In this document: positions 27,749-36,805 of the stretch, piece by piece
Layout of the letters: each line of letters starts with the position of its first letter
Numbering within the stretch: position 1 is the first letter of the stretch
Assembly: GCA_964370925.1 (NCBI GenBank)
Contig: CAYJLH010000004.1
Location: forward strand, 3,167 to 67,166
From: an uncultured Oscillospiraceae bacterium
GTDB lineage: Bacteria; Bacillota; Clostridia; Oscillospirales; Oscillospiraceae
Length of the DNA: 64,000 nucleotides
Direction of reading: 5' to 3'
Notes under the pieces: model-generated
Seen by the model: only the letters and a program-made list of their open reading frames with translations
The model's database searches: none
Told to the model about the DNA's origin: nothing
Translations under genes and position numbers: made by a program

Positions 27749-27931
27749 TTATTATTCCTCTTTATCTGCGTGAAAAGTTTCGTTATTTATCATACCATAG
27801 ATTATTTTATATTCAAGACAAGAAAAACTTTTAGTATGATTACACAAAGTTTTTTGTCCATTAAGTACTTTTTAGTGCATTAGAACAGTGTGGATTGACA
27901 AAATATATTCAAATTGTCCTGTTTGGAGATA

Positions 27932-27960
27932 TTGACTACCATTTTTATATGTGATATAAT
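27932..27960 (+). promoter_or_regulatory. promoter of the XRE-cupin regulator gene
   Basis: TTGACT 27932-27937, 17 nt (with TG at -15/-14), TATAAT 27955-27960. Confidence 0.6.
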
Positions 27961-27990
27961 TCTACTATAATAAAAAGGGGAGGGTTTTCG

Positions 27991-28560
27991 ATGATAGGAG
28001 GCAAACTTAAAGACATCCGAAAAAGCGCTGGGATGACCTTACAAGAGTTGTCCGCTATGACTGAACTGTCTACCGCTTACCTTAGCAACGTCGAACGTGA
28101 AGCCACCAGTCCCACCTTGCAAAATTTGGCAAAAATCTCAAAATCTTTGAGAATTGAAATTACCGAACTTTTTTCCGGTGAGCCTTCATTAAAAGAAGTT
28201 GTGCGTAAAGATGAGCGTCGTGAAGTTTTTCATAATAATTCAGTAGCAAAATACGAACTCACAACCAATGGTTCTGAGAACATCAAGGGACTTTGTGTCA
28301 CCTTGCCCGCAGACTTTAAAGATGAAATCGTTTCCGTTGGTCATGACGGGGACGAATTTGGAATCATCACTGAGGGAAAAGTACTTGTGCGAATCACCGG
28401 CAATGAATACGTTTTAGAGCCGGGTGACTCCGTATATATCCCTGCGCATACGCCACATAACATACGCAATGTCGGAGATTTAGACGCTGTTTCGTATTGG
28501 TCATTTGTTCGTAAATCACCCGAAGCCAGTTATGTAGATACCGACCACTTTTTCTCATAA
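27991..28560 (+). CDS. XRE-family HTH regulator with C-terminal cupin domain
   Basis: HTH (LKDIRKSAGMTLQELSAMTELSTAYLSNVERE) plus cupin motif (GDSVYIPAHTPHNIRNVG). Confidence 0.85.
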   Translation: MIGGKLKDIRKSAGMTLQELSAMTELSTAYLSNVEREATSPTLQNLAKISKSLRIEITELFSGEPSLKEVVRKDERREVFHNNSVAKYELTTNGSENIKGLCVTLPADFKDEIVSVGHDGDEFGIITEGKVLVRITGNEYVLEPGDSVYIPAHTPHNIRNVGDLDAVSYWSFVRKSPEASYVDTDHFFS

Positions 28561-28578
28561 TTACATAAAATCGAATTT

Positions 28579-28610
28579 ACAGGACTGCTTAACGCAGTCC
28601 TGTATTTTTA
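28579..28610. terminator. terminator between convergent genes
   Basis: ACAGGACTGC-ttaac-GCAGTCCTGT then ATTTTTAT. Confidence 0.75.
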
Positions 28611-28624
28611 TATAGTATATTTTG

Positions 28625-29998
28625 CTAGTTTTGTTTTAAATGCTTTGAATCTTCACCATACATAAGCTTCTTAAATGTAAATTTAAACATAATTGCCGTT
28701 GTTGTAACAGCGATAATATCCGCAACAGCTTCCGCCAAGAAAACAGCTGTCGCTTTGTCCTCAAAAAACATAGGTAAAATATGTATCAGAGGCACAAGAA
28801 GGATTACTTTTCGCAAAAATGCAAGGAAAAGAGAAATTTTTGCGTATCCGACCGCTAAATATGTAGTTTGGCAAGCAATTTGAATTCCAAAAATCACCAT
28901 ACCTGCAAAATAAATTCGCATAGGTCTTACAGAATACGCAAGAAGCTCTGGGTCACTGTTAAAAATCCTCACAAGTTGCTCAGGGAAAAGCATTATAACT
29001 GTACACATTACTACAGAATATGTGAGACAGATTTTTAGCATTACAAAAAAACTTTCTCTGAGTCTGTCTAACTTTTTTGCACCGAAATTGTAACTTAAAA
29101 TAGGCTGTGCGCCCTGAGTAAATCCAAACATTGGCATAGTCATAAACTGCATCAATTTCAAAAACACTGTCATTGCACCAACAGCAATATCGCCTCCATA
29201 AATTTGAAGTGAGCGATTGAAAGTGACAAGCACTAAGCTCTCAGTAATTGCCATTACAAAAGGAGCCGATCCTAAAGAAACGCTTTTTTTAAGTAAAACG
29301 GGGTCAATTTTCATGTACTGTGGCTTAATTTTTAGCGCCGATTTTCTAAACAAAAACACTGTAGCCCAAACAGCTGAAATTGCCTGAGAAATAACAGTGG
29401 CAACCGCCGCGCCTTTAACGCCCATGTTGAGTAGGAATATGAAAATGGGGTCAAGTATAATGTTTGCAACCGCACCGACAGCAACCGTCACCATCGCAAT
29501 TTTTGTATAACCCTGTGCCGTTATAAATGCATTCAGCCCTAGAGATAACATGACAAATACAGTTCCGATTAAATATGTATCTGTATAATCTTTAGCATAG
29601 CCTATAGTGTCTTCACTTGCGCCAAAGGTCATCAAAATCGTTTCCGATGATGCGAGCAAAGCAAAAGTCAGGGCAATTCCGATTATAATTAGTGCTGAAA
29701 AACATGTGCCTAAAATCCGCTCGGCTCTCTCGAGATTTTTCTCACCCATACTTATGGACACAAGTGGCGCACCACCTCTTGCAATAAGCGAGGAAAACGC
29801 CGCAACCGCTACCAGAACGGGCATACTAACACCAACACCTGTCAGGGCGAGTCTGCCAATTTCGGGGATATTACCGATATAAATACTGTCAACAACATTG
29901 TACAGCACATTTACTAATTGAGCTACCACAACCGGCATGGCAAGTCTCAACATCAATGGTCTTATAGGCTCTGTTCCTAAAAACTCTCTATTGTTCAC
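28625..29998 (-). CDS. MATE family efflux transporter
   Basis: 457 aa, MATE N-terminal pattern (LRLAMPVVVAQLVNVLYNVVDSIYIG). GTG start 6 nt after AGGAGGG. Confidence 0.9.
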   Translation of the reverse strand: MNNREFLGTEPIRPLMLRLAMPVVVAQLVNVLYNVVDSIYIGNIPEIGRLALTGVGVSMPVLVAVAAFSSLIARGGAPLVSISMGEKNLERAERILGTCFSALIIIGIALTFALLASSETILMTFGASEDTIGYAKDYTDTYLIGTVFVMLSLGLNAFITAQGYTKIAMVTVAVGAVANIILDPIFIFLLNMGVKGAAVATVISQAISAVWATVFLFRKSALKIKPQYMKIDPVLLKKSVSLGSAPFVMAITESLVLVTFNRSLQIYGGDIAVGAMTVFLKLMQFMTMPMFGFTQGAQPILSYNFGAKKLDRLRESFFVMLKICLTYSVVMCTVIMLFPEQLVRIFNSDPELLAYSVRPMRIYFAGMVIFGIQIACQTTYLAVGYAKISLFLAFLRKVILLVPLIHILPMFFEDKATAVFLAEAVADIIAVTTTAIMFKFTFKKLMYGEDSKHLKQN

Positions 29999-30218
29999 TT
30001 AGTCCCTCCTTGAAAACGAATGTTTCTATTATATACCCATTCTCGCAATATTTCAAGTTTTTTAACTAATTTTTATGGACAGCTAAAATCCCCTACGCCA
30101 CAGTAAGCACACAGGCGACCCGATGATACCTCCGAAAATTTGGTTTGAACTAAACTTTCAGAACGGCTCAAAGGGTCGCCCATTTTAATTTTTATTCACT
30201 TTTATGGAGCGCTACAAC

Positions 30219-30440
30219 TCAGCCTCCGGCAACTGGTGGAAATAATGCGACAATGTCGTCAGCTTTCACAGTGTCCTCAGGTTTTGAGTGCATACCATTA
30301 ATAAGACAAATTGCAAGGTCATCAACAGAGATATTAAGTTCTGCCAAAATATCAGAAATTGTATTCATTTTTTCAGGTGACATGAAGATTATTTTATCTC
30401 TGCCCTCTCTGAAAAATGCAAAAAGTCTCACTTCAATCAT
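30219..30440 (-). CDS. MoaD/ThiS-family ubiquitin-like sulfur-carrier protein
   Basis: 73 aa ending FPPVAGG (C-terminal Gly-Gly). Immediately downstream of AOR. Confidence 0.75.
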   Translation of the reverse strand: MIEVRLFAFFREGRDKIIFMSPEKMNTISDILAELNISVDDLAICLINGMHSKPEDTVKADDIVALFPPVAGG

Positions 30441-30462
30441 AGTTATGCTCCATTCGATTTAC

Positions 30463-32268
30463 TTATTTATATTCGCTAAGTCCCAAACGCTCAAGAGTTG
30501 CCTCTGTTGGGAAAGCAGAATCCCAACCACGTACGTCATAATATTGTGGAAGAGTTACAGGTAGTTCACTAATCATACCCTTAGATGGGCCGTCTGGGAT
30601 AACTTCTTCAAGCAAACGCTTAGGAAGCTTATCGTCCTCGGGTTTCATGCCTGCGTGCTTATTAAATTGGCGCTCAATATTATAAATACGCTCACCAACT
30701 TCAAGCAATTGCTCCGGTGTGTAAGTTGTGCCTGTTGCAGCATTTAAAAGACCTGCATATTGTGGCGCACCCATAGCAAATGATGAGAACAAGCAAAGTC
30801 CCATGCTGTCAATAACAGCAGTTAGGTCTTGGAATATTTTACACCAAGTTGCTTTGCCCTCTGTTGCTGTGCGGTCTAGTTGCTCAGGAAGTCCTAGAAC
30901 CTCTGGGGAAATTAGATATCCACGAACATGGCAACCGCCACGGTTACTTGTTGCATAAGTTATGCCAATTCCTTGAATAGCACGTGGGTCATATGCTGGA
31001 AGCTCTTGCTTCTTAACGCTCATTGAAACTTCTGGATGACCATAATGCTCACAAAGTCTAAAGCTACCGTCAGCCATTAGTTTTGCAAGTGGAATTTTTC
31101 CTTCACCCATGCGCTTTGTCCACTCGATGATAGCTTCTGAACTACCCCAAGCTAGTGGAACACCCTCACATTCCTCTTCCTTGATTGCGCCGATTTGGTA
31201 AAGTTCCATAGCCGCAGCGATAGTACAAGGAGTTGAAATCGCATCGAGTCCGTATTCATTACACCAGTAGTTTGCCTCATTGATAGCAGTAAGGTCACTG
31301 ATATTACAGTTACCGCCGTATGCCCATAGTGGCTCATACTCAGGGCCACCAGTGACTTTTCCGTCGATTTCAATCATACGACCGCAACCCATAGGACAGC
31401 GATGGCAGAAACTTTGCTTTACAAGGTGTTTTTCTCTTAATGTTTCTCCCGATGTCTCGTCAGCCGGTGGGAAATATGCTTCTTGCCAGTTACGAGTTGG
31501 GAAAGCTCCTGTGTTATTGATAATGTTAACCAGAACAGCTGTACCATAAGTTGGTAGACCCTGACCGGTAACACCGTTTTCACGAATTAGTTTCATGCTC
31601 TCAGCTGTTACCGCTTTCAAAGCGTCAGCATCAGCTGGTTTAATAACTGTACGTGATGCACTTACTGTGATAGCCTTAAAATTCTTGCTACCCATAACCG
31701 CACCAACACCACTACGACCTGCCGCACGGTGCTTATCATTCATGATACATGCAAGCAGTGATAGATTTTCACCTGATGGGCCAATGTTCAAAACTGCACA
31801 CTTTGGATAAATTTCTTTCAATTTATCGTCAATGTGTTCGCTCATCATGCCCATATAGGGACTTGCGTCCAAAAGTTCAATCTTATCGTCCTCAATGTTG
31901 AGGTAAACAGGTTTTTCTGATTTTCCCTCGACAATAATTCCGTCATAACCTGCATATTTAAGTTTTGCACCCCAAACACCACCTGAGTTTGATGACGCAA
32001 TCATGCCTGTTAGCGGTGATTTTGTCACAACCATGTATCTACCGGCTGTTGGTGAAGCTGTTCCTGTCATTGGACCTGCTAGGAACACCAATTTGTTTTG
32101 TGGGCTTAGTGGTTCAACAGTTGCGACACCCTCATCCATCAAAATTTTTGTACCCAATCCACGACCGCCAATAAACTTTATAGCATCGTCTAAGTTTAGG
32201 TCTTCAACTTTGATAGCGCCCTCTGTTAGGTTAACACGAATAATTTTTCCGCAATATGATGTTGACAT
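30463..32268 (-). CDS. aor: aldehyde:ferredoxin oxidoreductase (tungstopterin enzyme family)
   Basis: AOR pattern (GKIIRVNLT...GGRGLG..., CHRCPMGCGR Fe-S motif, YATSNRGGCH). Start at ATG 32268 after GAGGAGGA. ORF-track extension to 32394 rejected. Confidence 0.93.
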   Translation of the reverse strand: MSTSYCGKIIRVNLTEGAIKVEDLNLDDAIKFIGGRGLGTKILMDEGVATVEPLSPQNKLVFLAGPMTGTASPTAGRYMVVTKSPLTGMIASSNSGGVWGAKLKYAGYDGIIVEGKSEKPVYLNIEDDKIELLDASPYMGMMSEHIDDKLKEIYPKCAVLNIGPSGENLSLLACIMNDKHRAAGRSGVGAVMGSKNFKAITVSASRTVIKPADADALKAVTAESMKLIRENGVTGQGLPTYGTAVLVNIINNTGAFPTRNWQEAYFPPADETSGETLREKHLVKQSFCHRCPMGCGRMIEIDGKVTGGPEYEPLWAYGGNCNISDLTAINEANYWCNEYGLDAISTPCTIAAAMELYQIGAIKEEECEGVPLAWGSSEAIIEWTKRMGEGKIPLAKLMADGSFRLCEHYGHPEVSMSVKKQELPAYDPRAIQGIGITYATSNRGGCHVRGYLISPEVLGLPEQLDRTATEGKATWCKIFQDLTAVIDSMGLCLFSSFAMGAPQYAGLLNAATGTTYTPEQLLEVGERIYNIERQFNKHAGMKPEDDKLPKRLLEEVIPDGPSKGMISELPVTLPQYYDVRGWDSAFPTEATLERLGLSEYK

Positions 32269-32313
32269 AAAAAAATCCTCCTCATTTTTGAATAATATTT
32301 CGATTTTACGTAA

Positions 32314-32390
32314 AAATAAGCACGCAAAACCAAAATCCTTTCCAAATACGGGAGGCATCACAATTACGGCGGATACCCTTAGGCTTATTT
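32314..32390 (-). ncRNA. candidate Moco/Wco (molybdenum/tungsten cofactor) riboswitch aptamer
   Basis: RNA: AAAUAAGC-CUAAGGGUAUCCGCCGUAAUUGUGAUGCCUCCCGUAUUUGGAAAGGAUUUUGGUUUUGCGU-GCUUAUUU. It has an 8-bp closing helix and an internal GGUAUC/GAUGCC helix. GCCUCCC and GGAAAGG strings match my memory of the Moco motif. Located in the AOR 5' UTR. Confidence 0.5.
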
Positions 32391-32421
32391 CCATATCAAA
32401 TAAGCTCGGATTTATAGTACT

Positions 32422-32450
32422 ATATTACCATAATTCAAATCGACTGTCAA
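32422..32450 (-). promoter_or_regulatory. promoter of the riboswitch-aor-moaD unit
   Basis: Minus strand: TTGACA (32450-32445), 17 nt, TAATAT (32427-32422). A second TTGACA lies 8 nt upstream. Confidence 0.55.
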
Positions 32451-32472
32451 TTATAGTCTGTCAAAAAAGTAT

Positions 32473-32512
32473 AAAAAGGACCATGGGAATGTTTAGTTAA
32501 CCTCCCATGGTC
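32473..32512 (-). terminator. terminator of the ECF operon (overlaps the stop of its last gene)
   Basis: GACCATGGGA-14 nt-TCCCATGGTC (10-bp stem) followed on the minus strand by CTTTTTATACTTTTTT. Confidence 0.7.
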
Positions 32513-33411
32513 ATATGATTTACCAAAAATCTCCTGTAAAATTCCTCTCTAATCTGAAAACTACCAATCATTTTAAGTTCCGACCTCGTAATAGGGATAT
32601 TAAACCTATTATCTGCGCCAATTTCTGTCACGCTAAGTCTTATATCTTTGAAAGCAAACAAGTCCTCCGCCAGCGAATAAACACCGTCCATTTCATCGAA
32701 AAATGAAAAAAGTTGCGCCCTTGAATATGCTAGATTTTTGACTTCAAGTTCCTCTTTCGTATCGCTGTTCCAAAAAAGTTCTTCTTTGACCTCAGCATAA
32801 AAAGCAGTAGCCCTTTCTAGCATATCTTCCTCAGTTCGTCTGCGTTTGCACATTTCAGAAATTTCAAGTTTGTACATTTCTTCGATACGTTTTCCGCAAA
32901 TTCCACGCATAGTAAAAGTGCGAATTAGCAAAGCACATGTCCGCTTTTTCCAGTCTGTAAAACTTGGATTATATGTGGCGGCAAATGCAATGATTTTTCC
33001 GCAATCTTCTGCGATATCGCCCTCCGAAATGTGGCTTTCGAAGTCAATTCCGACACAAATTTCGTCTTTTTCACTGAAAATATAGTTGCGTAAATTGTTA
33101 TCAACACGCAGTTTACCAGTCGCTTTGTGGTATTCTAGTAACCACTCCGCGAGTGCTATTGCGTGTTTTTCCTCCATATTTTCCACTAATTCGGAGTATA
33201 AAATTCCGTCGATATGCTTGTAACAGAGCATGTTTTCTGATGTCGAAACCAAGCTTGGAACTGCAACTTTTTTTGACTGTAAAAGGGCAATCATAGCCTT
33301 TTCACGTTCAAAATCCTCTGTATTTTTGAAAAGTTTTTTTACAATTTCCCCATCACCCCTTACAGTATTTCTTTTGGAAATAAAGGTGATTTCAGTGGAA
33401 TTTTCTTGCAT
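32497..33411 (-). CDS. hypothetical protein with protein-kinase/APH-like N-terminal fold (tentative)
   Basis: 304 aa. IVKKLF...EREKAMIALL...YKHIDG...RVDNNLRNYIF...VGIDFE resembles the Lys/Glu/catalytic-loop/DFG-like order of small kinases. TAATG overlap with the upstream gene. Confidence 0.4.
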   Translation of the reverse strand: MQENSTEITFISKRNTVRGDGEIVKKLFKNTEDFEREKAMIALLQSKKVAVPSLVSTSENMLCYKHIDGILYSELVENMEEKHAIALAEWLLEYHKATGKLRVDNNLRNYIFSEKDEICVGIDFESHISEGDIAEDCGKIIAFAATYNPSFTDWKKRTCALLIRTFTMRGICGKRIEEMYKLEISEMCKRRRTEEDMLERATAFYAEVKEELFWNSDTKEELEVKNLAYSRAQLFSFFDEMDGVYSLAEDLFAFKDIRLSVTEIGADNRFNIPITRSELKMIGSFQIREEFYRRFLVNHMTMGG

Positions 33412-34175
33412 TATTTCAAGCCTCCACGCTTAAAGCTAATCTCAATATCTCCGTCCTCAGTATAGCCGTTTAGCTCTTTAACTACAGACAAAACAGCATT
33501 TTTTAAGAGATTTTCGACAAACGGAACCATTTCAATGTTATGACCATCGACCTTTAGCTCAATACTTGGCTTTTTCAGTACGCAATCCTCGGCTGTCGCC
33601 TGTTTTTTCAAGATTTTACCTGTCAATTCCCTACATGTACAGCCACACGCATCACAACATTTCGGATCCATATTCGGCATAGGTGAAATCGCATGTTGCA
33701 TGACAAATTGAACGAGTTTTTCAGGCTCGTCAAGAGCATGAATTACGGGATAATCACCAAAACTTTTTCTCCCATCATTTGCCAAAACACCCGAAACTCC
33801 GACCACTCTTTCGTCAAGTCTCTCCAAAACTTCTTGCTCAGTGTGAGCCGTCAAAATTCTGGGGACATTGAGGTCCGTAACTCCCTCTAAAATCACATAA
33901 TCATGGTCATAGTGTCGCAAAATATCCTCAATCGGTAGCATGGTTTGGTACAGAACATCTGTCTCAAACATTCCTCTCGCTGTGACTAATTGCGAGCCTG
34001 CATTTTTATGACGGTTAGTATTTGAGTCCTCCACAGGGTCAATTTTAAAAAGTTCGAAGTGTATTTCTTTAACCGAGCCGACAGAAAACCCAAGCTTTCT
34101 AAGTCCGCTGATAATCGTCTCGCACACAGTTGTTTTTCCAGACTTTGTAATGCCATTAACTGCAATAACTTTCAT
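33411..34175 (-). CDS. MobB-like P-loop protein with Cys-rich C-terminal extension
   Basis: MKVIAVNGITKSGKTT...VGSVKEIHFE...NRHKNAGS resembles MobB. Extra domain with CCDACGCTC. Confidence 0.65.
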   Translation of the reverse strand: MKVIAVNGITKSGKTTVCETIISGLRKLGFSVGSVKEIHFELFKIDPVEDSNTNRHKNAGSQLVTARGMFETDVLYQTMLPIEDILRHYDHDYVILEGVTDLNVPRILTAHTEQEVLERLDERVVGVSGVLANDGRKSFGDYPVIHALDEPEKLVQFVMQHAISPMPNMDPKCCDACGCTCRELTGKILKKQATAEDCVLKKPSIELKVDGHNIEMVPFVENLLKNAVLSVVKELNGYTEDGDIEISFKRGGLK

Positions 34176-34187
34176 AATTTTTCCTCC

Positions 34188-34916
34188 CTATCCATAGTAA
34201 AAAATCATAGTCGTAGCCGAAATTGCGAGCAATAAAACTATGGCGACAACATCAATTCCAACCATTTTTACTTCTATAAAACTCGTGCGTTTTTTCATTG
34301 CACCAAAACCTCTAGCCTCCATTGCCATTGCCAAATCCTGTGATTTTATAACAGCGTCGGCAACAACAGGCGAGAGTAAATATCCGTATAATTTTATCCT
34401 TTTTCCGAAGGGAATTTTTTCAACTTCAATCCCTCTAAGTTGAATTGAAACCATTGCATCTGTAAAACTTTCCATAAAAAATGGAATAAATCTTAGCGTC
34501 AACATAATCATAAATGAAAAAGTATAAGGCACATGCAATTTTGAAAGCGAGGCTATAACCCGCCTGCTGTTTTCACTTTCCATGATTGCCGCTGAGGAAA
34601 TCAATGTAAAAAATCGAAGTCCCATGGTCACACCACGCAAAAATCCGTCGGTGTAAATAATTACGAATTCCCCGTATGAAAGCAGTGGTTCACCCGACCT
34701 TACAAATATAATTTGAATCACGCAAACTCCGATTAATATGTTTATAAAGCGTTTTAATTTGTTAAAAAGGAATTTGTAATTCGCCCCAAAAAGTAGCATT
34801 AACACAAAGGAAAACACGGCAATTCCGAGCAAATACAGCCAATCTTTGAACAAAATCGACATTGATGTCGTTAACAAAATCCCAAGCAGTTTTACCCGTG
34901 GGTCAGCATTTTTCAT
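34188..34916 (-). CDS. ecfT: ECF transporter transmembrane (T) component
   Basis: 242 aa, CbiQ/EcfT-like multi-TM protein with ARG motif (AMAMEARGFG). Follows two ECF-type ATPases. Confidence 0.85.
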   Translation of the reverse strand: MKNADPRVKLLGILLTTSMSILFKDWLYLLGIAVFSFVLMLLFGANYKFLFNKLKRFINILIGVCVIQIIFVRSGEPLLSYGEFVIIYTDGFLRGVTMGLRFFTLISSAAIMESENSRRVIASLSKLHVPYTFSFMIMLTLRFIPFFMESFTDAMVSIQLRGIEVEKIPFGKRIKLYGYLLSPVVADAVIKSQDLAMAMEARGFGAMKKRTSFIEVKMVGIDVVAIVLLLAISATTMIFYYG

Positions 34917-35574
34917 TTACAATTCCTCCTTTCGACACTTTGACAATGCGTGCCTCAGGAAAGCGAGAAAAAAGCTCCGTATCATGGGAAATCACAGCAA
35001 TTCCAAGTCCTGATTTCACAAGCTCATCCATAATCGTGTATAAGGTTTTGCGGTTTGCCACATCTAAGCCTGTTGTAGGCTCGTCAAGCATGAGATATTT
35101 GATGTCTTGCATAAGAATTGAGGCAAGCGCAAGCCTTTGTTTTTCGCCACGACTGAGACGATATGTGCTTCGTTTTGCCAGATGTTTTAGTGAAAATCTG
35201 TCCAAAAGTTCTATGGCTTTTTTTGCGATTTCATCGGGGTTTTGGTCTAAAACCGAACCTATAAATGTCATCTCATCCCAGACTGTTGCCGTAAAAATCT
35301 GCTTTGACGGCTCTTGAAAAAGGTAGCCTACATATTTTCCCATTTGCCCAAGAGTGAAGTTTGTTGCGTCATTTCCAAAAACCGTATGCCCCATGCCCTC
35401 ACATTTTAAAATCCCTGCACAGAGCTTCAAAAGAGTTGATTTTCCGCTTCCGTTATTCCCCTCAACAAGACAAATTTCGCCTGTTTTCAAGGTGAATTCT
35501 TCGGCAGTAAATCTAAAAGCGTTTCTTGGATACTGAAAGGAAATATTTTTAAGTGTGATTGCATGTTCACTCAT
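34903..35574 (-). CDS. ecfA: ECF transporter ATPase component
   Basis: Walker A GNNGSGKST, signature LSRGEKQRLALA, Walker B LMLDEPT. Confidence 0.9.
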   Translation of the reverse strand: MSEHAITLKNISFQYPRNAFRFTAEEFTLKTGEICLVEGNNGSGKSTLLKLCAGILKCEGMGHTVFGNDATNFTLGQMGKYVGYLFQEPSKQIFTATVWDEMTFIGSVLDQNPDEIAKKAIELLDRFSLKHLAKRSTYRLSRGEKQRLALASILMQDIKYLMLDEPTTGLDVANRKTLYTIMDELVKSGLGIAVISHDTELFSRFPEARIVKVSKGGIVNEKC

Positions 35575-36263
35575 AAACTCTCTCCTCCGCTCCCCTTTTG
35601 TGCCACAAGTTTTCCATCAATAAATGCATAAATTTTATCAGCAATAAACAGATTTTCCTCGTCGTGTTCGACCATCAAAATTGCTTTCCCACGCTTTTTC
35701 AGCTCGACTATACAATCCATAATCCTTGCTGTTGCCTCCCTGTCGAGCTGGCTTAAAGCCTCGTCGAACAATAGCACCTGTGGGTCTAGCGTTAAAACTG
35801 CCCCCAAGGCAACAAGCTGTTTTTGGCCACCCGAAAGACGTGTAGGACTGTGAAATCTATAGTCCTCCATGCCGACAATTTTTAGAGCTTCATCAATTCT
35901 TTTTGCGATTTCTTCCCTCGGTAAACCTATGTTTTCAGGACCAAAAGCGAGTTCATCCTCAACCGTAGGTGCAAAAAGTTGTGCATCAGGATTTTGGAAA
36001 ACTATGCCGACTTGTCGCACAACTTCATGCAACGGCATTTCGGCTACAGCCTTACCCGAAAGTAGTGCTTCGCCCTTTAATTCGCCCTCTATACTCCTCG
36101 GAATTAGCCCCGCTAATATCAGACAAAGTGTTGATTTTCCGCAACCTGATGGCCCTGTAATCGCAACACATTCACCCGAATTTATAGATAGATTTGCACC
36201 GCTTATAAGTGGATTTTGCCCTAGGTAGGAGAAGAAAATCTCCCTTGCTTCAAGCTGTATCAT
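35571..36263 (-). CDS. ecfA: ECF transporter ATPase component (second)
   Basis: Walker A GPSGCGKST, LSGGQKQLVALG, LLFDEAL. Start at ATG 36263 (ATGA overlap with the upstream stop). Confidence 0.9.
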   Translation of the reverse strand: MIQLEAREIFFSYLGQNPLISGANLSINSGECVAITGPSGCGKSTLCLILAGLIPRSIEGELKGEALLSGKAVAEMPLHEVVRQVGIVFQNPDAQLFAPTVEDELAFGPENIGLPREEIAKRIDEALKIVGMEDYRFHSPTRLSGGQKQLVALGAVLTLDPQVLLFDEALSQLDREATARIMDCIVELKKRGKAILMVEHDEENLFIADKIYAFIDGKLVAQKGSGGESL

Positions 36264-36793
36264 TGTATCACAACTTCCTGTACAAATTTGCACCAACGCT
36301 GTGAAAATTCTGAGCTTTTTATAATCATTAGGTATGGCCCCATGCCACCCTCTGATTTTGGTTTTAACGGTTCATCATCCATCGCAAGGCAGATATAAAC
36401 ATTATCCTCCGTCATGATTTCCTCTTTTGTCAGCGCTGAGGTATAACCGTCAAGTGAGCGCACTTCTATAGTTTCACTCGAAATTTCCATATCCGCAAAT
36501 TCGAAAACATCCTTTAATTCAACGCCCGAAAAACTAACATCAGTCGGGTCTGTATTGCTCGTATCCATAACCGCAGAAACGGGTACAGGGTTAAGTGACA
36601 ACATGTCATCCATAGTGATTTGAACCGTTGTTTCACCTGATTTTAGCTCAAAAACCGCATTCATTTCAAGCTCTTTTTTGTAGCTGACATCGCCGGCATT
36701 TAGCCTTGAAAAAATTGTAATCATAATAACAAGCACTGCAATGATTACAAGCAATATTTTTGCCTGATTATTAACATTTTTCTTGTATTCCAT
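36260..36793 (-). CDS. membrane-anchored exported protein with one YedY/sulfite-oxidase-like molybdopterin-binding-type module
   Basis: N-terminal TM. FSGVELKDVF..IEVRSLDGYTSALTKEEI..YICLAMDDEPL..GPYLMIIKSSEFSQRWCKFVQEVVI. Confidence 0.5.
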   Translation of the reverse strand: MEYKKNVNNQAKILLVIIAVLVIMITIFSRLNAGDVSYKKELEMNAVFELKSGETTVQITMDDMLSLNPVPVSAVMDTSNTDPTDVSFSGVELKDVFEFADMEISSETIEVRSLDGYTSALTKEEIMTEDNVYICLAMDDEPLKPKSEGGMGPYLMIIKSSEFSQRWCKFVQEVVIQ

Positions 36794-36805
36794 AGTTTTA
36801 CCCCT

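Noticed and set aside
30114-30181. tRNA or tRNA pseudogene (7-8-bp GC-rich closing stem, GTTTGAAC / GTTCAAAC string)
   Set aside because: It is only ~67 nt between stem ends. It has no D-loop or T-loop consensus and no anticodon-arm geometry on either strand.
32269-32394. 42-codon N-terminal extension of the AOR ORF
   Set aside because: The extension overlaps the riboswitch-like leader and has no RBS. ATG 32268 has a GAGGAGGA RBS and gives the canonical AOR N-terminus (MSTSYCGKIIRVNL).
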